A DNA stretch of 17,763 nucleotides from an uncultured Oligoflexus sp. (GTDB lineage Bacteria; Bdellovibrionota_B; Oligoflexia; Oligoflexales; Oligoflexaceae), in assembly GCA_964236955.1 (NCBI GenBank), contig CAXSGP010000097.1, positions 1 to 17,763 of the forward strand, in the 5' to 3' direction. Below the pieces are notes generated by a model. That model did not search any database. It was not told where the DNA came from and saw only the letters and a program-made list of their open reading frames with translations. Both the position numbers and the translations under genes were made by a program. Shown one piece after another: positions 7,422-14,750 of this stretch (position 1 is the first letter of the stretch; the number at the start of each line of letters is the position of its first letter).

Positions 7422-8174
7422 ATGCTGAAGTATATTTTAGCGGCTTACTTTTGGTTTCTTTTTATATTCACGACCTGCGTCCTCTTCGTTTGGATCGTGA
7501 TCGTTCACGCCTACCATCAGGTCTTCAAGCCCCACCTCACGTCTCAGGCTTGTCACAACGTGGCCGTGGTTTGGGGCCGGACACTTTTTGCCCTGGGCCC
7601 GGCGTGGAGCCACGAGGTGCGAGGCCGGGAACATTTGCCTGCTGCCGGTAGCGCCCCTTATGTGATGGTTGCCAATCATACGAGCACGGCCGATATCTGG
7701 GCTCTGCTCATCGTCGGTGGCCAGTTCCGCTGGCTTTCGAAAGATGCCATGTTCAGGGTGCCCCTGGTCGGCCAGGCTATGCGTTGGGCAGGCTACGTGT
7801 CCGTCACGCGAGGCAACAAGCACTCTCAATATGAAGCAATCGAATCAAGTCGCGCGTGGTTGAGAAAGGGCGTGTCGATGGCTTTTTTTCCAGAAGGAAG
7901 CCGAAGCGAGGATGGACAGGTTAAAGAATTTAAGGTGGGCGCCTTTCGCCTGGCCCTGGATGAATCCGTCTTGATCGTTCCCATCGCCTTACGTGGCACG
8001 AGGGATATGCTGGTTAAAAATTCCGGTTTCCCAAAAAAGGCTCATCTCGATATCGAAATTCTGCCGCCGGTTCGGGGGCTGGAAGGGGAGACGAGCCGGG
8101 ATTTTGCGGATCGCGTTCACAGCATAATTGTCGAAAGCTTAGCCCGTCCTATTCAAAAAACGCCTACGCAATGA
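7422..8174 (+). CDS. plsC: 1-acyl-sn-glycerol-3-phosphate acyltransferase (lysophospholipid acyltransferase family)
   Basis: N-terminal TM helix, NHTSTAD (HX4D), FFPEGSRS, FKVGAF, IVPIAL. Starts 4 nt after the coaBC stop. Confidence 0.9.
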   Translation: MLKYILAAYFWFLFIFTTCVLFVWIVIVHAYHQVFKPHLTSQACHNVAVVWGRTLFALGPAWSHEVRGREHLPAAGSAPYVMVANHTSTADIWALLIVGGQFRWLSKDAMFRVPLVGQAMRWAGYVSVTRGNKHSQYEAIESSRAWLRKGVSMAFFPEGSRSEDGQVKEFKVGAFRLALDESVLIVPIALRGTRDMLVKNSGFPKKAHLDIEILPPVRGLEGETSRDFADRVHSIIVESLARPIQKTPTQ

Positions 8175-8176
8175 TC

Positions 8177-8253
8177 AAAAAAATTCCGCTGCCAGAAGCA
8201 AAGATTTTAGGGCGAGATAAAAGCCTTTAAAATCCCCGCAATTTAGCGAGCGG
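8177..8253 (-). terminator. Imperfect hairpin between convergent plsC and flgE; probable flgE terminator
   Basis: Inner stem GATTTTAGGGC (8203-8213) / GCCTTTAAAATC (8223-8234), outer CCGCT (8186-8190) / AGCGG (8249-8253). The A-tract at 8177-8183 reads as a U-tract on the minus strand. Confidence 0.5.
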
Positions 8254-8279
8254 TATCATTAATTTAGATTAACAGTCTC

Positions 8280-9602
8280 TTATCGCTTCATATTGATAAC
8301 TTCTTCCAGCATCGAATCGGTCGTCGTAACCGAGCGTGAGTTCGCTTGAAAGCCACGCTGCGTTCGTATCATCTCCACGAATTGCTGGGCCATGTCCACG
8401 TTGGATTCCTCCAAGGTCGAAGCATAAATGGAACCTCGCGTACCCGTCTGCGCCGTGCCTACACGCGGCTCGCCCGATTCGTGAGTGGCAAAGAACTGGT
8501 TACGGCCAGCCTTTTGCAGGCCATCGACGTTTTCAAAGGTCGCGAGTGCCAGGGAACCCAATAATTTTTCAACACCGTTGGTGTAATAGCCCTTAAGCTT
8601 GCCATCAAGATCGATCTTGATCGACTTGATATTTCCTGCTTCAAAACCGTTTTGACTGTGAAAGACCGTGATCGAAGCCGCTGCGACCGAAGTCGATGCG
8701 CCGACGCCGTTGCCACCTTCCGTCGAGAGGTTTTTGCCAAGGTCGATCAATATTTTCTGGCCGGGGGTTGCCCCTTTCGAGAAGTTTGCAACGAGATCCG
8801 TATCAGGTTCTTCGGCGAGCAGATTGCCCTTGGTATCAAATCGGATTTTGCCTTTGCCTATTTCCTTTAAAGCCGCTCCATCGGCGTCGGTAACTTCTTT
8901 GCCGTCGACGGTCTGATGATATTCCCAGGCTATGCCTTCATCCGTCTGCAGGCGTTTGAAATACGTGGTCATCGCATGCTTGTTGCCCTGACTGTCGAAC
9001 ACGTTAACTGAGTTCTCAAAATCCGCGGTTTCGGCCGGATTCTTAATATCAAAGGGGGTTTCCGATACTTCCGTGCGACCATCGAGATTGACGTTAAGGA
9101 GAACTTTTTCCGTCGACTGCGGGGGAAGGTTATTGGTAACGAGACGAACATCGGTGAGTAAGGGCGAGAGACGACCGTTTTTATCCGCTTCATAGCCTTG
9201 CAAATGCCCGCCGACAGGATCGGAAAGGAAGCCATCCTTATCAAAGTTGAAGGCACCGACGCGGGTATAGAATTGGCCGCCCGCCTCTTGTTTTTCCCCT
9301 TTTGGGTTGGCAACAACGAAAAAGCCGTTACCTTGCACGGCTAAATCGGTAAGCCGGTCGGTGACGGTGAGACCACCTTGAGAATGGACCGTACGCACAT
9401 CGCTAACTCTCGCTCCTCGTCCTATCTGGGTTGACCCAGTGGAACTTAAAGTGTCCGCAGAAAGTAGATCGTCAAACTCAACGCGATCGTACTTAAAACC
9501 TTTGGCGTTTGCGTTCGCCAAGTTGTTCGCGACGACGGACATACTGTCCGACATCACGTTCATTCCGGTCACACCTGTGTAAAGAGCTTGAGTAATAGCC
9601 AT
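8280..9602 (-). CDS. flgE: Flagellar hook protein FlgE (440 aa)
   Basis: ALYTGVTGM...SVVANNLANANAKGFK N-terminus, DLAVQGNGFF, YTRVGAFNFDKDG, VFDSQG, and C-terminal LEESNVDMAQQFVEMIRTQRGFQANSRSVTTTDSMLEEVINMKR. Length fits hook rather than rod. GGAGG before ATG 9602. Confidence 0.93.
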   Translation of the reverse strand: MAITQALYTGVTGMNVMSDSMSVVANNLANANAKGFKYDRVEFDDLLSADTLSSTGSTQIGRGARVSDVRTVHSQGGLTVTDRLTDLAVQGNGFFVVANPKGEKQEAGGQFYTRVGAFNFDKDGFLSDPVGGHLQGYEADKNGRLSPLLTDVRLVTNNLPPQSTEKVLLNVNLDGRTEVSETPFDIKNPAETADFENSVNVFDSQGNKHAMTTYFKRLQTDEGIAWEYHQTVDGKEVTDADGAALKEIGKGKIRFDTKGNLLAEEPDTDLVANFSKGATPGQKILIDLGKNLSTEGGNGVGASTSVAAASITVFHSQNGFEAGNIKSIKIDLDGKLKGYYTNGVEKLLGSLALATFENVDGLQKAGRNQFFATHESGEPRVGTAQTGTRGSIYASTLEESNVDMAQQFVEMIRTQRGFQANSRSVTTTDSMLEEVINMKR

Positions 9603-9741
9603 ATCACCTCCATAGCGCACATCTGGGATCTTTTAAAAGATTAACATGGAGATTGAGGCTGAGTGGATGGCTGTGTAAATGCAGACATTAGGGGGGAACA
9701 GGCAAAGGAGAGTGGGCAGATAGCGAACCTGCCCCGAAGGA

Positions 9742-10224
9742 TTACATGGCGGCTTTAACCCGGGTAAGTTTGTACTTTTCTGCTTCCCCTGGATTATTTT
9801 CCAACCACTTCTTATATTCTTCAGGCTGCAGCTTGGGGGAAGGAACCCCGTCCGGACGCGGATTTTCAATCACGTCCTGCCATCCAGTATGGAGAGTTCT
9901 TAGGATGCCCTCAACATTTTTTAGACATTCGAGATCGTTGTTGATATTACCTTCGATCAACTTGTCTATCATAAAGATATAGAGGCTTTCCAGATCAATG
10001 GCAAGCTGGCCGCCACTCTTAAAGTCGAGAGTCGCCATCAGTTCGGAGATGATAGCCGTGGCCTTGCTAAGGTTGCGGCCTTTATCGGCGATTTTTTTCT
10101 CAACCATTGCGACCTGGGCATGTTTTACGAAACGAATCGCACCCTCATAAAGCATCAGAAGAATCTTCTCTCGGCTCGCTGTCGTCACTTGAGTTTTCTG
10201 ATAGGTCTTGTAGGGGTTGTTCAT
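9742..10224 (-). CDS. fliS: Flagellin export chaperone FliS
   Basis: YKTYQKTQVTTASREKILLMLYEGAIRF, KATAIISELMATLD..GG.LA..L.SLY.FM, GW; AGGAGA Shine-Dalgarno; directly downstream of fliD. Confidence 0.95.
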   Translation of the reverse strand: MNNPYKTYQKTQVTTASREKILLMLYEGAIRFVKHAQVAMVEKKIADKGRNLSKATAIISELMATLDFKSGGQLAIDLESLYIFMIDKLIEGNINNDLECLKNVEGILRTLHTGWQDVIENPRPDGVPSPKLQPEEYKKWLENNPGEAEKYKLTRVKAAM

Positions 10225-10241
10225 AGGCTCTTTCTCCTGGT

Positions 10242-11582
10242 TTAGTCGCCACCGCCACCGAACTTCTGTGAGAGGAAGTCGCCCTGCGCCTTCATCCCAG
10301 CTAAGTTCCCTTCTAGTGCCGTGAATCGGCGCTTTATCGATTCTTCTTTACGGGCAAAATCTGCCTCCTTCTTCGCGATCAGCTCGTCTTGGCCCTTGAT
10401 GATGGTATCCAAGGATTTTGACCGGGTCTTGAGCATGCCGTTAGAGGCATCCTTCAGGCCTTTAATACGATCCGCAAGGCCAGCTGCGAGTCCAACGCCC
10501 CGGTCCGTTTTCACGAAGAGATTGGCCACACTGTCATAATCTTCGGTAAGCGCTTTTTTAACTTTAGTGGCATCGAAATCTAATTCTCCGGATTTGGCAT
10601 TGGTCGTGATACCGATCGAGGCTAAGTTGTTGAACTTGCCACCCGTACTTACCGCATTTTGGAGAACGCCCTGCAGGGACCGTATGACAGCCTTAATCGT
10701 CCCGTCCGCAGCAAGAATTCCAGCCTTTTGCGTTTGCTGATTGACCTTGAACTGATCATTAATAAATTTTGCCACTTCATTGTAACCAGTCACAAATCCC
10801 TGGATGTTCTCGACAGTGGCATCGATATCGTGCGATATATTGATTTCCACGCGGGTGCCCGCTTCCGCTCGCTTCACGTTGAAGGCAACCCCACTGATCA
10901 GATCTTCCAGGGTATTGTCTTCATCCGTTACCGGAACATCCTCAAAGAGAACGTCGAGATTACGGCCTATGACCTGCTCCTTGAATTCAAGAAAAGTGGT
11001 GTCTTCATCGATTTTTATCTTGGATTCTTCGCCGGATTTTTCACTTAAGACCATAAGTCGATAAGGATCGGGTTTGTACTTCGTATTGATCACCATAGCC
11101 TTAACCCCACCATCGGTGCTGTTAATAGCGGTGGCAACATCATGAAGGGTAGAGCCAGGGTTGATCGTCACCTCAAGGTCATCCTCACCCTTTCTCTCAA
11201 TACGCATGTAGCCGAAACCCACCGGTGTAACATCTTTATCCGGGAAGCCGTAGGCAAGTTCCTTTTCCGAACGGGACATACCACGTACTTCGAATTCGTA
11301 GCTTCCAGGAACTGTCGGACCGGTAATGGAACCATCTATGATATCGGGGTGAGTGGATTCAACTTTCAAGCGTTTAAAGTCAGTGCTAGTCTTGAGCTTG
11401 CTAAGGGAGGTGTCCAACGTTTCCACCAGATCCTGGAGCTTTTTAAATTCATCACGCTCTTTGACGACCTTTTCTTTACGGGCTTCTGCACTCTTGATAG
11501 GCATCTTTTCGACCTCAATAAGATCCCCTACGACCTTTGGATCAAACAATCGAGATGTCGAACCAGGCAATCTTACGCCCAT
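10242..11582 (-). CDS. fliD: Flagellar filament cap protein FliD (446 aa)
   Basis: N-terminal coiled coil, TLHDVATAIN..GVKAMVIN, NTLEDLISGV, FVTGYN, LASIGITT..GELDFD..K.KKAL, C-terminal RRFTALE; adjacent to fliS; GGAGG before ATG 11582. Confidence 0.92.
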   Translation of the reverse strand: MGVRLPGSTSRLFDPKVVGDLIEVEKMPIKSAEARKEKVVKERDEFKKLQDLVETLDTSLSKLKTSTDFKRLKVESTHPDIIDGSITGPTVPGSYEFEVRGMSRSEKELAYGFPDKDVTPVGFGYMRIERKGEDDLEVTINPGSTLHDVATAINSTDGGVKAMVINTKYKPDPYRLMVLSEKSGEESKIKIDEDTTFLEFKEQVIGRNLDVLFEDVPVTDEDNTLEDLISGVAFNVKRAEAGTRVEINISHDIDATVENIQGFVTGYNEVAKFINDQFKVNQQTQKAGILAADGTIKAVIRSLQGVLQNAVSTGGKFNNLASIGITTNAKSGELDFDATKVKKALTEDYDSVANLFVKTDRGVGLAAGLADRIKGLKDASNGMLKTRSKSLDTIIKGQDELIAKKEADFARKEESIKRRFTALEGNLAGMKAQGDFLSQKFGGGGD

Positions 11583-11623
11583 AAAGCCTCCTGCAGAAAA
11601 GACGGTGAAAGGAGATTCCAACG

Positions 11624-12550
11624 ATGAGCTACTTCAATCCAACTAAACCCGAGCATTTCCTCGAACGCAATAAACTGCTGCAAATATGCATGCGGCCCGA
11701 CCCGCTGCCGTTTCCCATCGAAGAAGAATATCCCATAGTCTTATCCAACGAGGCTCGATCCACCAGCTATTGCCTCAAACACAACAATCGCATCTGTTCT
11801 CATGCCAACCTATGGCCGCGGCCTGTGGTTGACCGTCTGGGTCGAATAAAAGGCCAGGTGGGATTGGTTGGAAATGTTGCGACCGATCCCAGCATGCAAG
11901 GCCGAGGGCACATGCGAAAACTGCTATCCAATCTCGAAGAAATAGGCAAAAGGCAAAATTTAGATGCGCTGGTGCTGTGGAGCGATCTGGACCAATTTTA
12001 TCACAAACTCGGCTATGAGTCAGTAGGACAGGAATTACATCTCGGCTTCCCAAAAACCGATCCGAAAAGGCCAAGCTCTAGGAATTTTGATGGGGAATTT
12101 CAGCTTAACGGTCCGCTGCAAAGCCGTGATTTCGAGCGTATGATGGCGCTAAGGCCAAGCTTGCCCTTGACCCTCTCACGCAATGCGTCCGAATTTGCCA
12201 GGCTCATGAATATTCCCTGGCTCGATAATTTTCGAATCCTTCGGGGCGATGAAATTGTCGGCTCGGCCTTGATCGGTAAAGGCTATGACATGGTAGGCGT
12301 GATCCATGAATGGGGCGCGACCGACCAGGAGACTTTGCTGGCCCTCATCGATCATATGGCCGACGCGCTGCCCTTTGAGAGTCTTATGCTGCTCGTTCCC
12401 GACAGGATCGATGCCTCATGGAAATCGCTTCTGGTTAAATATTCCGAGAGCCATGAAAAGCATCCCATGGCGCTTGTGAAATACCTGCTTAACAAAGAGA
12501 GGACCGAAGATTATTCCTCACTCTTTGTCTGGGGGCTTGATTCTATTTAA
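11624..12550 (+). CDS. GNAT family acetyltransferase (Eis-like N-terminal GNAT domain plus probable second degenerate domain)
   Basis: GLVGNVATDPSMQGRGHMRKLL (motif A), LVLWSDLDQFYHKLGY (motif B); AAGGAG at 11609-11614. Confidence 0.85.
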   Translation: MSYFNPTKPEHFLERNKLLQICMRPDPLPFPIEEEYPIVLSNEARSTSYCLKHNNRICSHANLWPRPVVDRLGRIKGQVGLVGNVATDPSMQGRGHMRKLLSNLEEIGKRQNLDALVLWSDLDQFYHKLGYESVGQELHLGFPKTDPKRPSSRNFDGEFQLNGPLQSRDFERMMALRPSLPLTLSRNASEFARLMNIPWLDNFRILRGDEIVGSALIGKGYDMVGVIHEWGATDQETLLALIDHMADALPFESLMLLVPDRIDASWKSLLVKYSESHEKHPMALVKYLLNKERTEDYSSLFVWGLDSI

Positions 12551-12676
12551 CGTCGGTCCGGAACAGGCGATGGCTGCGTTTCATCGGCAGAAAAAAATGC
12601 GCATTTATGGGGAATAAACGCCGCTTTTTTGCTGCCTCGCGCCCTGCCATCCCCATTTCCGGGCCGACACTGTTAA
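12547..12676. repeat. Long imperfect inverted repeat (rod-like hairpin)
   Basis: Nested arms: TTAAC/GTTAA, GTCGGTCCGGAA (12552-63)/TTCCGGGCCGAC (12657-68), GATGGC/GCCATC, GGCAG/CTGCC, A6/T6, GCG/CGC, TTTAT/ATAAA around a GGGGA loop. Confidence 0.75.
12581..12607 (-). promoter_or_regulatory. Sigma-28 (FliA) promoter pointing toward fliD-fliS
   Basis: Minus strand TAAA (12607-12604) - 15 nt - GCCGATGA (12588-12581); the consensus is TAAA-N15-GCCGATAA. Intergenic, within a flagellar locus. Confidence 0.72.
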
Positions 12677-12702
12677 GTCCCGGCGGGCTTGGCTTGCCAC
12701 GC

Positions 12703-12738
12703 AAAAAAGTGCTCATGGATTTGATCCATCAAGCACTT
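12703..12738 (-). terminator. Intrinsic terminator of the flagellin gene
   Basis: AAGTGCT-c-ATGGAT-ttg-ATCCAT-ca-AGCACTT hairpin with an A-tract at 12703-12708 (U-tract on the minus strand), about 40 nt after the flagellin stop. Confidence 0.8.
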
Positions 12739-12779
12739 CAATTTAAAGAAGCTAATTTTTAAGAAAAACCAAAAACCCG

Positions 12780-13625
12780 TCAGCCCTGCTGCAGGAGCGT
12801 CAGTGCCATCTTCGGCAGGGAGTTGGCCTGTTGGAGCACCGATGTGCCGGCCTGCATAAGGATATTGTTTTTGGTAAGTTCGGATGTTTCTTCAGCAATA
12901 TCAACATCTTTTATGCGGGAGTTGGCAGCCGAGAGGTTCTCGATCGATACGGATAGGTTACGGATCGTGGAGGAGAGTCGGTTATCGATCGCGCCGAGCT
13001 CACCACGAACGGAGGATACATGCTCGATGGCACCGTCGAGGATAGCCAAGCCCCGTTGTGCGTTGACCTTTGAGTCGACGGATAATTCTTCCAAACCAAG
13101 CTTATCCGTGTTGACGTCGGCACGGAAGGCATCAAAGGAGATACGGTCGACACCTAAAAGGTTTTGGCCCCCGGTGTTGACTTGGAAGTCGAGACTTCCG
13201 CCGGTGCCGTCGAGCAACACGGTACCGTTGAATTCGGTAACGTTGGCGATACGATCCACTTCTTCCTTGAGGGCCTGATATTCTTCATTGAGGTATTTTC
13301 GTTCTTGGTTACCTATAGTATCTGAGGCCGCCTGCACGCCAAGTTCACGTAAGCGTACGAGGATGTTCTGAACTTCCTCCAGACCACCTTCCGCCACCTG
13401 AATCAGGGATATACCATCGGAAGCGTTTCGCTGGGCCTGGACCAATCCGCGGGTTTTGGCTCGTAACTTCTCAGAAATCGCCAGACCAGCGGCATCATCG
13501 CCCGCTTTGTTGATTCGATATCCGCTCGACAAACGTTCGAGGGAACGATCGAGAAGTTTTCTCGTGTTAACCATGTGCCGCTGAGAATTCAAAGCCGAAA
13601 TGTTGGTCGCAATACGCAAACCCAT
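12780..13625 (-). CDS. fliC: Flagellin, short D0/D1-only type (281 aa)
   Basis: MGLRIATNISALNSQR, LERLSSGYRINKAGDDAAGLAISEK, NASDGISLIQVAEGGL, RLRELGVQAASDT, RGELGAIDNRL, ENLSAANSRIKDVDIAEE, SVLQQAN; GGAGGG before ATG 13625. Confidence 0.97.
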   Translation of the reverse strand: MGLRIATNISALNSQRHMVNTRKLLDRSLERLSSGYRINKAGDDAAGLAISEKLRAKTRGLVQAQRNASDGISLIQVAEGGLEEVQNILVRLRELGVQAASDTIGNQERKYLNEEYQALKEEVDRIANVTEFNGTVLLDGTGGSLDFQVNTGGQNLLGVDRISFDAFRADVNTDKLGLEELSVDSKVNAQRGLAILDGAIEHVSSVRGELGAIDNRLSSTIRNLSVSIENLSAANSRIKDVDIAEETSELTKNNILMQAGTSVLQQANSLPKMALTLLQQG

Positions 13626-13732
13626 GGAAACCCTCCGAAACACGTCGAGGAGAACACTAGAAAGCCACGCTCTGAGAGATGGAATCTCAATCAGAAAAAG
13701 ACTTTATTAAAAATGCAGGGAAGCTCAACTTG

Positions 13733-13762
13733 ATTCTAACATGCTGTCACAATGCGACACAA
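13733..13762 (-). promoter_or_regulatory. Putative sigma-70-type promoter of the flagellin gene with overlapping palindrome
   Basis: Minus strand TTGTGT (13762-57) - 18 nt - TAGAAT (13738-33), with an extended -10 TG. Near-palindrome TGTCAC-AAT-GCGACA at 13745-13759. Confidence 0.45.
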
Positions 13763-13832
13763 GGAGGGCCCCGGAGATGCGTCCAAGGCAAACTTTGCCC
13801 GCTTTCATAAACCGGGCAGATAGCTGGAGAAT

Positions 13833-14750
13833 CTAGATCTTAATTAAGAATTTTCCAGCCAGGAATTCGTCGTGGAGCGCGCTAAAGGCTTTTTGGTCCA
13901 GTAGGATCACGGGTTTGTCGTCACCCAAAGAAATCCAAAAATCCTTGGTCTGGGCATCCCGAAAAAAGCGCAGCTGAAAGGCATTATCGCCTTCCAGAGT
14001 CAGGCTGAAAAGCAGTTCACCGTTTGCCGTTGCCATGCTGCGAAAGCCACTCACCGGGGCCTTGGAGGCCTTTTCGAGCCACTTCAGCAAAGGCTCTTCG
14101 GCGAAGATAGCCTTGCCATCCTCTTGCCATTCCTTGGCGACCCGCAAGAGGGTCCTCGATCTGCCCTCGACCATAAGCACAATTTTATTGAGACTCCCGG
14201 GGCTTAAGAACTCGGCTTGAGTGAGCGCCAGCTGCGCCGGCGCATGCTCGATGAGGTCCAATGTTTGCCGGTCCCATAGCCAGACGATCTGCTTTTGCAG
14301 GTCAAGGACAAAGTAATCCGATGATTGAAAGCCCCGACCACCGATACGAAGTTCACGTTTTTGGCCCGAGATCAATTCGATCTGAAAGGCTTTGTCCTCC
14401 TTATCGAGTTCAAATTCAGAAAGATTCAGGCGCGAGGCCTCGCCCAATACCTTCGAGGCCCATAAAGGGGAGAGATTAAACCAAAGGCTTTTGGCCTTCG
14501 ACCCCACGAGAAAGGTTTGAGGTGATTGCCCTCTTTCAGCGAATTCCAGCCAGCCATAGCTCATGCTGAGCGGCAGGAGATGCACCTGCATTTTTGAACT
14601 TTGATAGGCCACGCCTTTGACCTCATCGGGCTTAAAACTCTCCCAGGCCTGCCCATCCTGGTGCTTTGGGCCTGTTTGCAAAGTCACCCCCAGAGCCAAC
14701 GCGACTCCGCATGCCGCAAACAATCCATAGGGCCACAGTCTTTGCTTCAT
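13833..14750 (-). CDS. DUF4340-like membrane-anchored periplasmic protein (fourth gene of the ABC operon)
   Basis: N-terminal hydrophobic anchor; LSEFELDK...IEL..G..RELRIGGR...DYFV pattern; position after a GldG-like gene; ATGA overlap at 14747-14750. Confidence 0.65.
   Translation of the reverse strand: MKQRLWPYGLFAACGVALALGVTLQTGPKHQDGQAWESFKPDEVKGVAYQSSKMQVHLLPLSMSYGWLEFAERGQSPQTFLVGSKAKSLWFNLSPLWASKVLGEASRLNLSEFELDKEDKAFQIELISGQKRELRIGGRGFQSSDYFVLDLQKQIVWLWDRQTLDLIEHAPAQLALTQAEFLSPGSLNKIVLMVEGRSRTLLRVAKEWQEDGKAIFAEEPLLKWLEKASKAPVSGFRSMATANGELLFSLTLEGDNAFQLRFFRDAQTKDFWISLGDDKPVILLDQKAFSALHDEFLAGKFLIKI

Noticed and set aside
11775..12074. 99-aa minus-strand ORF inside the GNAT, considered as a flaG-like gene on the sigma-28 transcript
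   Set aside because: No resemblance to FlaG, TTG start, and fully antisense to a motif-bearing gene.
12552..12574. GTCGGTCCGGAACAGGC resembling the SRP (4.5S) RNA core
   Set aside because: It lacks the CC-GGAA-GG tetraloop stem and the following AGCAG; the segment pairs with a distant arm instead.
13676..13688. GAGAT-GGA-ATCTC hairpin resembling a CsrA site in the flagellin leader
   Set aside because: The GGA loop is on the plus strand; the flagellin mRNA reads UCC there.
13787..13801. GGGCAAAGTTTGCC (minus strand) as a sigma-54 promoter
   Set aside because: GG-to-GC spacing is at most 9 nt, not the required 10.
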